A DNA stretch of 63,387 nucleotides, counting the filler, from Rhabdomonas costata (Eukaryota), in assembly GCA_019059605.1 (NCBI GenBank). It is 32 parts of 32 records of this genome, joined end to end, with 100 filler letters (N's around TTAATTAATTAA, not from the genome) between each part and the next. Parts side by side here need not be neighbours in the genome. Positions count along the whole stretch, not along the records: positions 35,715 to 37,598 come from JAHMHO010007793.1; positions 37,699 to 39,582 come from JAHMHO010007794.1; positions 39,683 to 41,566 come from JAHMHO010007795.1; positions 41,667 to 43,552 come from JAHMHO010007796.1; positions 43,653 to 45,535 come from JAHMHO010007797.1; positions 45,636 to 47,518 come from JAHMHO010007798.1; positions 47,619 to 49,501 come from JAHMHO010007799.1; positions 49,602 to 51,484 come from JAHMHO010007800.1; 24 more parts are not named here. The stretch is one strand, 5' to 3'. Shown one piece after another: positions 37,312 through 50,365 of the stretch (position 1 is its first letter; each line of letters opens with the position of its first letter). The notes below the pieces were generated by a model, which was not told the origin of the DNA, searched no databases, and saw only the letters and a program-made list of their open reading frames with translations. The position numbers and the translations under genes are program-made.

Positions 37312-39325
37312 GTTCTCCACCCCCTCCCTTTCCTCTTCTCGTTCTGACATGCCCCCCCGCTCCTTCTCCGTATGAGTTCGCCCAACAGATTTCTGCTCAC
37401 TTTTTTTTTGTGACGTTGCGAAATTAGGGTTCAGGTGAGTCCGAGTATTTGAAGAATCACATCCAGAACCCAAGAATCCGCGTTGCCCGACGGTACAAGA
37501 AACAGTATGGCTGTGCACTGGGGAACATAACAATAAGGAAACATCTCTAGATATGTGCGCGAACGATCTTGCACAAGGTTTTGAGACCAACCACAACCNN
37601 NNNNNNNNNNNNNNNNNNNNNNNNNNNNNNNNNNNNNNNNNNTTAATTAATTAANNNNNNNNNNNNNNNNNNNNNNNNNNNNNNNNNNNNNNNNNNNNGT
37701 GGGTGTGTTTGGGGGTGGTTTGCCAAATCAAAACAACCGTTTTGTTTCCCCTTCCCATCTTTTCGTTCCTCCTTGTACTGTTTGTTTGTTGCCGAACTCC
37801 TGAACTCCGGTGATGATTATGTTGTTTCCATACTTTTGAGGAGACTGCGCTCAGTGAAGGAAAGGATGGCCCAACGGGCAAAATATCACGCCTCGAAGAA
37901 TGAATTATAAAAATTCAATACCGGACGTATAAATATAATACAATTCTAAACTAACGCCAAATATAATAATTCTGAACCGGACGTAGAAGCAGTCGGGACG
38001 CGGGGTGATGTTATTTTACAAACCATAGGGCCACTCAGCATTAATGGATCTACCGCAATTGCAGCACTGGCCCCTCAGAAAGTTTCGAACCTTGGCCACA
38101 GGGCTTCTGACAAGCAAAAACAGGAACGCAGGACCACTCACATTATTCGCCTCCCCAGAAGCTGGAACCTCTCCACGGAGAGCAGATCCCTCACTTCCCT
38201 CCTTTGCTTAGCCGCGGAAGGGGAGGAGGAGTCCAGGCCCGTCTCCCGAGCGCCGCCCGCGGAGGCATGCCGGAAGGTCGGGCTGCCCACGATCGTAGAG
38301 CTGGAGTGCCCTCCCACAAAACCGAAGCTCAGCGTGACTTCGCAGGCACGGCCGAGGATCAGCAGACGGAGCCACAACCAAAGAAGAACCACAGTCACCA
38401 TGAAGAGAAGTGCTACCAGAAGGGAGCCGAGCACCGCCCAGAGGGATGTCTCGCCGTAACCCAAGAAGAAGGGCCGCTGAGACACCACAACTTTACACAC
38501 TTGCTTCCACGGCTGAGATATGGTTCCCATAGGCTACACCTGCACGACAGCGCAGATGTCACCTGTAACGAATAGTATTCAATTCAAACTTTAAGCAACA
38601 ATTAGTATCATATTATTACACATCCGCGAAAAACACTGACAAGCTTCACTGACTAGTCTGAGCAGCAACATTGCGCTACTCGTGCAGTTCCACTTGGTTG
38701 TGATGTGTATTGCTGCAGTAAACAGCTTGTGTTTCGGTGCATAAGCTCCTTAGGAAATATCAACGGCCCCCAATGGCGAAGGAAGAAAGTCCGGCACTGA
38801 GCTCAGCGCGAACCGCGCCGAGAGCGCCGCCACGGGAAGCATCACAACTCCCATTCGCCGACGCAGGGACACCGCAGGAGCAGCCGGGGAGGCTGCGGCC
38901 ACGGCGAGCCCAGCGACGTCCTGGCAGAGTACCCTGCCGACAGATGAAACCAGCAAAACGTCCACATTCACCAAGGTAGCAGATCCAGGTGGTTACGCAC
39001 AGGAAATTCGAAAAGGAGGAAAGCGTTGCTCTGAGTTGATAAGGCAATGCACAATGGTGTATTGAGAGATTGGAGGATTAAAAGTCACTTCAGCATGGTG
39101 CTGGCATGTGCAACTGAGTGTGTGTGTGTGTGTGTGTACCGAAATGTTTAGGCAGACAATTATTCCAACCCCAGGCAACTTCCCAACAACTCAGCTGACC
39201 GTTCCGGTCTGCGCCTTCAGCAAATACGTCCCACTAGAACGTCAATGCCCAGATCGTCCAACCAAAACCCAAAACAATTACCCGTTCAATCGTCCCCACA
39301 CACAAAGACGCAACCATACATTTGT

Positions 39326-39574
39326 GTGAATAGAGACTACCGAGATCTGGCCAAAAGACAGAACAAATAGAATATCACTCTACCAATATTTCCTTATCTT
39401 CAGGGAGACGATAGAACCAATCTGCACAATGCATCAACACTCCAAATACGGCAAAAATTCAGAATCGTGAATAGAGACTACCGAGATCTGGCCAAAAGAC
39501 AGAACAAATAGAATATCACTCTACCAATATTTCCTTATCTTCAGGGAGACGATAGAACCAATCTGCACAATGCA
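39326..39574. repeat. Direct repeat of about 108 bp, period 141 bp, running into the contig end
   Basis: GTGAATAGAGACTACCGAGATCTGG...TGCACAATGCA at 39326 and 39467. Confidence 0.9.
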
Positions 39575-41794
39575 CCAACACCNNNNNNNNNNNNNNNNNN
39601 NNNNNNNNNNNNNNNNNNNNNNNNNNTTAATTAATTAANNNNNNNNNNNNNNNNNNNNNNNNNNNNNNNNNNNNNNNNNNNNGGTTTTCATTGTTTTCAC
39701 TCTCGCACGCGTTTGAGTAGAAACTTGAAAGACACTGGTACAAGCAAGCTACTACGGAGAGCAACAGTATGACGCGCTGTGAGTGTGTGGGGAATTTTCT
39801 TGGCGAAAGGCGGATTAAGGAATCAACAGAGAACGCATTTGACGGCCGCTGAAGACTGGAGAAGGGAGGGTATGCAGATGTTCGAGGCGATGGTTACCTT
39901 CCGGCGCGGGTCCACGTTGGGATCCTCAGGCTTTGGAGGGTCTGTGGCCAGTTCCCAACCCGAGCAGTGGTGTTCGCGTCGGCCGTGGTGGCGTTGAATT
40001 GGGCAAACGGGTTCCCGGTGCCTGCCCACCCCCACCCAAGGAGCACTGAGCTGAGACCTACAATAATAGGTAGGCACACGTTCGCAGTGATTTTCGCAGT
40101 GATTGTTGCGTCCTCAATAGATCAACACACAACATTATGCACACAAGGAAGAGCAGATCACAGAAACCTGATTCCTACCCAGAGCGTCGGCTGATAGCCA
40201 TTTGCCTGTGCCCCACTTTCGCGGGATATTTGCAGGAGGGTTTGTTACGTTGTGGGTACGGTCATTAAACCCCCCGCTGCGCTGGGGAAAGAAGCGAACA
40301 CCAAAAAGGGAGAGCCCCACCAGAAAAGACCCCAGCTCTGTTTCGAGCCTGCTTCGGCTTGCCCCCCGATAAGTTTGCCGCAACTGTGAGTTGCACGCCT
40401 CACTGTTCATTCATTTCATTCTGGATTTTTGGGACAGAGAGCACACCACAAACGGTAAGATGCCCAGTGATATAAACAAGAAAAAAAGTGCTGAATGATC
40501 CAACTTCAGACATTTCAGACAGTTCAGTTCTTCAGCTGCTATGGTTGCACTCAGTTTCGTTGCTCATTGACCCTTCCTCAGGTATGCCTTCTTCTCCAAT
40601 CGCACTTCTTCTGAACCTTTGAAGCGGGAGGTTGTGAAACCACGGAGGGTAGGCAAGCATACTGGAGTTGCAGGTCAGGTTCCCCGCACTGGCGTTGCTT
40701 GAAACCCGGAACAGCCCCAGGGCTTGGCTGGGAAGCCCCAGCCCAGCGCCATCCACGACGGCGTAAAACACCGCACCTCCGGCAGGGGCCTGTCCAGCGG
40801 CCACGGGGTCGCCCCCGATCACCGTGCCCCAAACCACAAACAGGGGGGCGACAAAGGGCCCCAGGGTAAGCGAGGCCAGGGGAGTCCACTGGCAAGCCGT
40901 GGAGAGCAAGTACCACACCGCTGTGTGTGCAGGGGTGCGAACTGGTGTGGGCGTGTGTGTTGGGTAACACCTGTGACAGGAAAGGTCCATGCGACCTTTG
41001 AGTTGCGGTATATCTGCGCGTTCCTGCCAATTCTCTCACGTGTCGCCGCATCAATAACCTGTTCAGCAATTTTCAAAGGGACCGGAATCAGGTGGAAGCT
41101 ATCTAAGATTCAGATTCAGACCCAGACTCTCAGTTTGCCGTTTGCTGGGCATTCGCAGATAAATGGGACAAATTTATTTGGCGCCGCTGCGATAGCCCGG
41201 CACGCTTTGGACGAAGGTACTTTATGGATGGATTGGGACGTTCCATGGGGTGGGCAACGCTCAGTTAGCACTGCTACCCCCTCCCCAATCCAAGAGGTCC
41301 AACACAACGAAAAAGCACATACTCAGCACTTGGACGTTTCGCGGGTACACGGTTGCCTGTACCGTGGTCCGGGAACTGTTGTCCCACACCGCTCCAGTCT
41401 GAGTACAGGACAGAAGGAAGAAAGTCTCCCTGTCTTCTCCCGGCTCTTCTCACTTTTGGCAAGGTGGTGTGGCACAACATTTGCTTCGGAGGGTTTGGGT
41501 GTTCGCACCCTCATGCCCCTCAGTGAGGGGAGACACGGCTGCCCTCTCCCACACCCCCCAAACACCNNNNNNNNNNNNNNNNNNNNNNNNNNNNNNNNNN
41601 NNNNNNNNNNTTAATTAATTAANNNNNNNNNNNNNNNNNNNNNNNNNNNNNNNNNNNNNNNNNNNNGGTTGGGGGGTACGAGTGCTGTTGGCCGTCTTTC
41701 GTTCGTTTGAAGAGGAGCAGAACAGTTTTTCTTTCAGATTTCTTCTGCTTCTATTCGGATCCTGTTTCATCCTTCCGTTCGTTGTTTTCCACAG

Positions 41795-43454
41795 TTTAGC
41801 CAAATCTGGGACACCGACGCCACGCAAGAGGATATTCACGGATACTTCTGGCCCAACGTGGAAAGTGCGTTAGCTGACACCTTGCGACACTTGTGGTGCT
41901 GTAAAGTGGGAAATTTTGCTGCTTCATGGCTGGTTTTATCTTTCAGACAACCTCTTCAATGGATTCAACGCCACCATCATGTGCTACGGGCAGACGGGTG
42001 CTGGGAAAACGTTTACCCTTTGTGACAATGTGCGTCTCCATTTGGCTGCGTTTGTTGCATTCGCCTGCACGAGGAAAACGCTCACTGTGTATCCTTCTTT
42101 TCTCTTCTAGGGGCTGCTGACTCGTCTCTGCGGAGCCGTTTTTCAGAAAATACAAAGAGAGCCAGGGGCGCAGTACGAGTGCAGCGTGTCCTTCATTGAA
42201 ATATATCAGGCGTGCGCTGCTCTGTTCGTGTTTTTCTGATGTTTTGTTTAAACTCATCACTCAAAATTTCTGAAACTTTCCCTATTTTGTGGTTGTGTAG
42301 CTTCACTCATCGCTAGGCTGCAGAACATTTTTTCTTCCCACAGGAAGCGGTTTACGATTTGATCTCGTCGGAGTGTGACAAGCGTCGCTCGCATGGTTGT
42401 GTGATGTGTGGTTTTGGTTGTTTCCATCCGGCATGAACATTTCCTGAAAGTTTTTTTCGGGCCACAACGCAGCGAAAAAATGCAATGAAAGTTCAGGTTT
42501 TTTTGTTTGCTTGCATGGCCTAGTATAGTTTTGGGAGTAGTGTGGGAACCTTCGGTGTGTGACACGTCGTAATAGGGACACGCTGAAGCATTTAAAGTGG
42601 CCGCTGAAGGATTGCCGTCAAGTGCATGCCATAGGAAATCCATAGGACGCCGTTTGAATCATATTTTCAGCGGGAGCGACATATGCAATAGCATACCCTT
42701 GGGGCACTTTCTGTCTCGTTTTCATTCATTTTTTTTAGGTAAGTAGTACTCCTTCTGCTCTTTGCACAGGGGGTGGGGCACCAACCGGCGCCAACAAGAT
42801 GAACTTCTTCGAGGGCGAGAAGCATCTTCGGGTGTGTGTATTTTCCAAATTGTGGGGCTTTTTAGGGTTTAAAGAGAGAGAAAAGCACCCCAAATGGTGG
42901 CGGCATCTGTTTTGACAGTTTTGACAGTCCAGTTTCTTCCTTGGCATCCCTCCTATGGAGGGATCAAAGGGATTGCGGGTGGTTCTCCGGGTATTCTCAG
43001 TTTGTAGGGTTGCGAAATGACAAGAATTTCCCTTCCGTATCACAGCAAATAGTGAAGCTTTTAAATCATCAAGGGCTGGTAATGTACCTCGAGGCCGTTT
43101 TGGCGTTTTGATGATGTTGCTTGGTATTTTTTTTCCAATGGGGACTCTCAGCTTCCTGTGTCCAGCGTGGAGGACGTTGCTTCGGCGTTTGAGATGGGCA
43201 ACCGCTTCCGCCGCACAGCATCTCACGGTGTGCTCTCCCCCCATAGCGGTAGCAGTTGTGTTCTAAGAAGAAGAGACTAGTTTCCAACCTCAAAGCTTTG
43301 GGGTTTCGGTGGACGGGGGGATGGGGCTTCAGACTTAAACAGCCGCAGCTCAAGGTCTCACTCCCTTTTCTACCTGCACATCTGCAAGCGGGCTCGGGGC
43401 AAGGAGATCTGGCATTCCAAGCTCACCATTGTCGACCTGGCCGGATCTGAGCGG
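41795..43454 (+). CDS. Kinesin motor domain, at least 7 short exons
   Basis: FSQIWDTDATQEDI; GFNATIMCYGQTGAGKTFT (P-loop); VSFIEIYQ|EAVYDL; GNRFRRTASH|DLNSRSSRSHSLF (switch I); KLTIVDLAGSER (switch II). Confidence 0.97.
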
Positions 43455-44049
43455 GTGTGTCCGTGTGTCAGGGAAGGGCAAGGAGCATGTTGACATTCAA
43501 CAGCTTGCTGAAAATGAAAATGAACGAGGAACGTTGCCTTGCTGACGAGTTTNNNNNNNNNNNNNNNNNNNNNNNNNNNNNNNNNNNNNNNNNNNNTTAA
43601 TTAATTAANNNNNNNNNNNNNNNNNNNNNNNNNNNNNNNNNNNNNNNNNNNNATGTGGTGTGGGTGCAGGCGCGGCGGCGGAGGCCGCAGGGCAGCTTCT
43701 CGCGGGAGTTTGTCCGAGACCATCTACCAAGGCAGAGAACACACATTTCGCAATTTGCCAGCGCTCCATGCCACACATTCAGTGGGCCTTTTGAATATTT
43801 TTTTTGGAAGGGGCGTTACACGCTTACTGCGGAACGGCCTTGAAGGTACTAACCTCCTTAATTAAAATATGGATGTCTGTCTACGGGGCGGAAAACAATC
43901 CTTTACTCCATTTTGCACCATAAATTGCATTTAGAGATTGTTGACACAGTTACCTTAACCCCCCTGCATTTGAAATGTCGCCGGTGACCGGTGACCGGTC
44001 CGGTGGTTTAGCACTGCTGAACGTTTAGCAGTGCTACACGGAGCATCGC

Positions 44050-44900
44050 CCACGCATGGCGTCCCGACCGACCGAGAAAAATACAATTGTCCTCCTTCGG
44101 TGACCCTACAACAGCTCACCTCGACATACCGTCCGTGTACCACTCTCACTGATCGCCTTTTCGATGTCATCATTCCACACATACGCACATACCGACGACA
44201 CTGTAATGGGGGAGCTGGGCGCACTATCCGCGTCGACGAGGCCAAGGCTTCCACCTCCAACACTGCGGCTCCTTAAGTGGGCAGGGAGTTCTTTAAACAC
44301 CACTTCCACCTCCAACCCTGCCTCGGCCCTTTCCAGTTGGCGGCACACCGCCCGAAAGACCCCCACTCCGATCCGGGTCTGACATGCCCAGCCTCAGCGC
44401 GGGAACACCCTTGCTTGCCCAAACTCGCACCACCGTCTGAGTGAGGCAGCGCTCTCCCCCTCCCCAACCGCCAAGTGCTTCGACCGCAGAAAGCCCGGCA
44501 TTGCCAGCCAAGGTCGCCTTACCTCTACTTGGTGTGGTCTGCTGTTGTGGTGCGGCAGAGCTGGGGAGACCTTCTCACCTTGCAAGGCTTCATGGCGCAC
44601 CTCTTGTGGAAAAAGTACGGCACATTCAGGTTGGTGCATTGGTCCACTCAAACGCAAAGTGGAGGCCACACAGCCAGCCGTTTTCACGGCTCTGTCGGGT
44701 GCACTTCCGCCATATCTGCGTAGAGTTGTGGAGAATAAACTACCGAAGAGTCACCACGCAATCCGCAGGGCGGTCAAGGGTTCCTTCCTTCGGGACCCTT
44801 CTCAGAGTCAACACGCAGGCCAGCTTCCAAGCACAGCCCGGAGACGAACGAAGGCGCAGGGTCATTGTGCCTGGCGTAAAGCTCAAGTCTTGGGCAGCAT
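44050..44900 (+). mobile_element. Degenerate tyrosine-recombinase relic (DIRS-order, TATE/VIPER-like retroelement)
   Basis: With one frameshift, LLLWCGRAGDLLTL resembles YR box I; SHHAIRRA fits box II H-x-x-R; no introns, several frame breaks. Confidence 0.4.
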
Positions 44901-45779
44901 AAAGCATGGTCGCCAGGGCCCTCCATATGGCGAGAACATCCAACACAACTTCCGCACACATCCAGGATATTGCAGGCCGGCCCCCTCCTCCTATCCCCGG
45001 TGATGAATGTTTCCGGGAGGAGGAGGAGGAGGGGGGGGGGGTTGCTGCGCTCACCCAGACCCCCCGTACGATTTTCGAGATCATTGCGAACCTCGGACGC
45101 GAAGTCAGCGTTTGCATGATCACCGGTTGAGGAGTTTACGATTTCATTCTTGCGAAAAGTTTAGGTCCTCGTTTTCTTTCGAGAAAGCGAATTCGTCTTC
45201 TCTTTCTCTGTGGCCGTTGCTGTGCAATTTTTGACTTAAGTTTCACATTTGTGCGTGTTATAGAGGTGGAATCTCTCCTTTCTCCCTGAGACTGCCAGGG
45301 CCACACCGGTATTTTTTCCGCGCACATTTCCCGTATGACCTCCCACGCCTGCACACCTGTAGATGTAGGTTGTGCGAAATCAGGGATCCCTTGCTTATTA
45401 CTTACCTGGGAGCGGTTTGTCACCTTCACACAAGAGAGCCTGAGCCCTTCTTCTGTACCTCAGCGGCTTACGCCCCGCGGTGCGACCACTGTATGGCTCT
45501 CCCCGATGACCCCTCCCCAGGGTCCCACACCAACCNNNNNNNNNNNNNNNNNNNNNNNNNNNNNNNNNNNNNNNNNNNNTTAATTAATTAANNNNNNNNN
45601 NNNNNNNNNNNNNNNNNNNNNNNNNNNNNNNNNNNGGGGTGTGGGGAGAGGTAGTGGAAGGGGGTGAGAATCTCACGGGACGGCCTCGGTGGCATACGTC
45701 ATGCGACGAATAGTGGGATGGAGTAAGACTGCTGTAAATACCTGTGGTTGGGGGATTATGAAATTCTTATATCAATATG

Positions 45780-46250
45780 CTTATGATCCATGCGCGAAGA
45801 TTATTGTCCACGCGCGAGGGACTCAATACCCGGTTGCCTGCGCGCGTGTGGTGAGCTCTAGGTTGTTATTACGGCTTCTCTGCGCGGCCGTGGTGGAGCG
45901 GACCTGTGGGGTTGTGCAGGCTTTTGGCTGCATTGTGCCCCAGAGTCTCCAAAGTCTCGCACACCCCAACACTCAAAGTCTCCCTACTAACGTCGCGGAT
46001 TCTCAGGGCCAAATGGAACACCACGCATTTCCGAATGATTATCAGATGGGCGACGTCGGCCAAGGCATGGTACCGTTGCTGCTCGGCACGGGCACGGGAC
46101 GTCTCGATGCTAGGGCGGCGAAACGCTTCCGAAGGGTCTTCATACACCTCACTTTCGTACCGCGTACCACGGGGATAGCGAGATGCGATATATACCCCCT
46201 TATCTGCCATCGGCACCAAAACTCTCGTCTGCATCAGCCGCAATGTCCTG
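45780..46250 (-). mobile_element. Possible highly degenerate reverse-transcriptase relic
   Basis: Frameshifted segments EDPSEAFRRP, KCVVFHLAL, WRLWGTMQP and RVDNNL fall in the order expected for DIRS-type RT motifs; weak similarity. Confidence 0.25.
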
Positions 46251-47619
46251 TTACGGGGTTAACCATCTCCATGACGATAGTCAGGATTTCCATTGAATAT
46301 CACCTGATGACCCAGGTCTGACGCCTGGAATTTGCATGTCGGCATATCGGGGGCAGGAGAGCTCGAAAGGTCCTCAAGATCAATTGGAGGACGCCTCTGT
46401 AAGGGGCAAACTGCTTCCTCTGGCGATGAAATGGGATGTTGGTGAGGTTGAGATGCAGAATGAGCGACGCGCCACTGCCCTGGAACAGAGTCCTCCGTGT
46501 ATTGATGAGTTTGCTCGTTATTCAAGATGCCTGATGATTTTGTGGAAAGACGTATCTCTGAGGAGAACTGCAGTTCTGGGTTTTTATATGGGTTGAGTGA
46601 GAGACGCGCCCCTTTCCGTAAGGGGAAGGAACAGCGTTCTCATCAGTTTTCGGTGTCGCGTGGGGCAGCATGTTGTGTGAGAGGGGTAAGTTATGGCTCG
46701 ACGTGACTGTTTCCCCTTTATCATATGAAACTCCAGAACCACCCACGCCCCCAGTACGAATGCCTTCAAAGGAAGATGCAAGCATTAGACGAAACAGGTC
46801 AAACCCAATTCCTGATGTTCATCTCCAAATTGCATCGGATGCAGTTGAGACCCGCCACAGACACCCAGCGGTGTTCGACCTGGCAAAATGTGCACACGCA
46901 CCTGCTCAAAAGGAAATTGTGTCCATATCAGGAAAAAGGGCGTCAAAGACAGGCAAGGGAAAAAGGTCAACTTTCAGGCATTCAGTCACAGCCTGAATCT
47001 TTGCACCACGGAGCGAAAGAACCTCTGCAGCAGCTGGACCTCAGCACGTGAATTCATCACGCGAGCGCAGTAGTAAGCGCATTCCACGTGTGGCATCGCG
47101 ATCCGGGGGGGGGGGCACCTGATTTGCTGCACCTACCTTCTGCACAATCGAGGCTATCAGGTCGGCGGCCTCGCCCTGGCTCCTTCTAGCCATTCGCTTT
47201 GGGAGTGCGCCACAATCTTGTGGCCAGGAACTTGGCGAGCTCCTCCTCAGAGTGGTATATGGGTTCGAGTTGGAGAGCCCGTGCACCCAGAAATGCCCAA
47301 ACACCGTGGTAAAGAAAGAAAAGGAGAAGGAAAAGGAAAACGACAGCCCGAAAAAATGCCTCGTGTCAAACGGGGCTCCTTCTCCGCCCCTCCGCCGCCC
47401 GCAGCGTTCCCCGCTGGGGACGACGGGGTGCCCGAGTAGCGCCGGGCCCTAGCGGTAAGCACCGGCAGCGACGCGTGGAGAGGAAGGGGCGGCGAGCGAC
47501 CTCGGCCACAACCACCCCNNNNNNNNNNNNNNNNNNNNNNNNNNNNNNNNNNNNNNNNNNNNTTAATTAATTAANNNNNNNNNNNNNNNNNNNNNNNNNN
47601 NNNNNNNNNNNNNNNNNNC

Positions 47620-48230
47620 AAATCTGCGATCTGGGGGGGGGGAGGTCTCACAGCTCCAGATCCTCCACCACGACTGTGCTGGCTGGCTGTCGCCCCACCC
47701 CTTTTGCAAACCCACAGAGATCTGGCACCACAATGCCTCCCCCCTCGGTCTCCTCAACCACCGGGGAGAACGCACCCCTTGTGCGTGGCAACAGGCAGCA
47801 GAGTGTTGGACCTTTAGCTGCTCGTGGACGCCAGAGTTCCACGGCAAGGTCTACCCCATGGTCGAACGACGCGATCAAGAAGTCGCGGGGCGGCGTAGTG
47901 AGCTTACCTCCCGCTGGCAGGTGAAGCCCGCCGCCTCGGCAATGTGCAGGATGGTCTCGCGCACCGACCCAGCTGGGCGCAGCATAGAACGTGGTCCCCT
48001 TAAACGTCTCCTAGGCTGCCGTATGCAGGGCAGAGTGCAGCGTCCAAGGAGGGGAACAGGTGAACCCCGAGCCAGCGGCGACACAGCAGGTGGAATCAGA
48101 GTGGGCGAAGCGCATACCCAAGGCTTCACACGGTGGTGCGGCGAGCCATGCAGCGGTGTGGGGTTGAGCCTGGCACTGCCGGCGGAATCGACGGGAGTTG
48201 CGTGTCATGTCTACCAACCCGAAGTTTAGC
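47620..48230 (-). mobile_element. CRE-clade (restriction-like endonuclease) non-LTR retrotransposon 3' relic, frameshifted
   Basis: QAQPHTAAWLAAPPCEALG; VRETILHIAEAAGFTCQREV..RRP/DFLIASFDHGVDLAV; FSPVVEETEGG, matching the C-terminal RLE motifs of CRE/SLACS-like elements. Confidence 0.75.
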
Positions 48231-50365
48231 AGAGAGAACGAACTGTAATATAATGTGCAGGAAAGTCAGGTGTTCAGCATCAGAGAAGGAGAAAAACAAC
48301 TAGAAAAATAGTTATCAGCACAAAGGTACACGAAAGAGAGCGCGAAGGTGGGGAGACAAAAATGATCGAGGGATTATCAAGGTTGCGTAACCACAGCACA
48401 TCCAAGCACAGCACAGCACAGCTTAACGTTACGGGAGGAAGGCGGGAAGGCAAAAACTGAAGGAATTTCTCCTGAGACTGCGCCACTAAAAAGGAGAGAA
48501 CGTGTCCTTTTTCTTTTTGGTCTCCAACAATGCAAATTCTTCATGTTCTTGTTCCTGTCCGGGTTCCAGCAATTCATCAGTTTTGGACTTTTCCTCTCTG
48601 TTGGTGAACTTTCGTTTTCCGCTTTTCTCTTCCAGCTATTGTTCATGGGTTTTCTCGCATTATCGGGATGTCTTGTCTGCATTTTTCTCTTGACCGCGGT
48701 GGAGGTGGATACTGGTTTTGTCAATATTACTTTCGATGCCGTGAAGGTTTCCCAGAGCCAAAACTGTTCTCTTAAAGTGTCGTTATCGACACTTTCTTCA
48801 ACACTGAGTTGCCTGCTGACAGTCGTTGTTAATGCAGAAGGTTTCCCCATTTTTTTCCTGCGGGTTGCCGCTCAAGGGTTGAACAAAGGTTTAGAAACTC
48901 GTTTCATCCACGTTTGGGCGCTGTGGATTTGATTACACAGCCGTTTAGTGTGCGCTTTACATTTTTTGTGTGTATGGGGAGGCCCACGACGCTGTCGCAC
49001 CACCGCAGGGAGTGAGAAAAAACACCCAGTGTGGCGGAAAAAGGTAACCGAGAGTTTTTGCAACATCCTTTATCACAAGGGAACCCCGAAATGGATCCAA
49101 AGGGCTGAAGGAAAGGAAAAGGAAAAGGGGTGATGAGCGTATAGCATCATTCACTGCGAGCAAAGCCAAGAGTGATTGAACCAAAAACCGGTCAACGGCA
49201 GAAACACGGTAGGCTCTTCCACATGTTCAGATGGAAAGGAAGAGACTGTATGGGTGCTGGTGACCGAACGACTATGACTGTCAATGACCCACCACACATT
49301 CACAGCTTCTGGTGTGCCTCTGGAAGGGGAGACGAATGGACAATCACGCACGGACGCATATGAGCGACGAAAGTTTGCCTGTGACTGGCAAATCGCGCGC
49401 AAGCGAACCAAAAAAATGCTGAAACTCTTGAGGAGACTTTGAGATGACAAGTAACTGCAGTGTAAAAACGAAGGCCACCCCATCACCACCACCACCCAAC
49501 CNNNNNNNNNNNNNNNNNNNNNNNNNNNNNNNNNNNNNNNNNNNNTTAATTAATTAANNNNNNNNNNNNNNNNNNNNNNNNNNNNNNNNNNNNNNNNNNN
49601 NGTGGTTTTGGGTCTGACAGTCCTCTCTTCTTTGTTATTTTTTTTTGCCTCGGAGCATTTTCATTCCATGCGTGTGTACATAGTTTGCGTTTTTTTTGGT
49701 TGTCTGTGATTTCCGCCATTGTGCAAGTGGGTCGCTGCCTTGCTCTCTTTGCGGTCCCGCGACCTTTCGTTGTCCGATGGTTCTCCATCTTTGTTGTGTT
49801 ACGTTCTTTCTGGTTTTCAATTTGCCTCACTTGGCTACTTCCGTTCTTGGTGATCAGACTGATCTTTCACTCTTCCTCCTTGGTTCCAATGGATGTCTCG
49901 ATAGTTGGATAGTCCTGGAATGTTCGAGCGGGGTGGTAATTGATCACGTCGCTCCCGACTTCTGTCCACCACTGCCACAACTCACGACTGTGAGTATTGT
50001 GCTGTAGTTTGGCGTAGGGTAGGATAAGATGGGTACGGTTGCCCCTCGTGGCTTTCCTGACCACACGTTACCATTTTGCAGGTCGCCCAGTCGCCCAGGT
50101 CGCGTGACAGTGGTTGCCACACTGTCCCTGGGAGTTGGTAGGCGCTTCTCTTCTTCTCTTCTTCGGGGGATACACACCGCCCCAGAGCTAGTGGTGGCCT
50201 CACCTCAACATAGTCATGACAGATGACACACCTTCAAGGTGGCACGGGCTGTAGCTTCTGATGGGCGTCGTGGACACCTGGGGCCCCCAGGTAAGTATTT
50301 CTGGGAATCGTTCCCACAGTTGTTTTTTAACCGGCGCTTCGTCTTTTCCGCCGCCCCATCTTACC

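Noticed and set aside
40724-41614. 296-aa plus-strand ORF, and similar long ORFs at 14909, 18907, 26225 and 45689
   Set aside because: No recognisable motifs; probably shadow frames of opposite-strand exons, decayed repeats or read-through into introns and Ns
43653-49501. Apparent cluster of YR, RT and RLE relics forming one composite element
   Set aside because: Three separate contigs joined by linkers; adjacency carries no information
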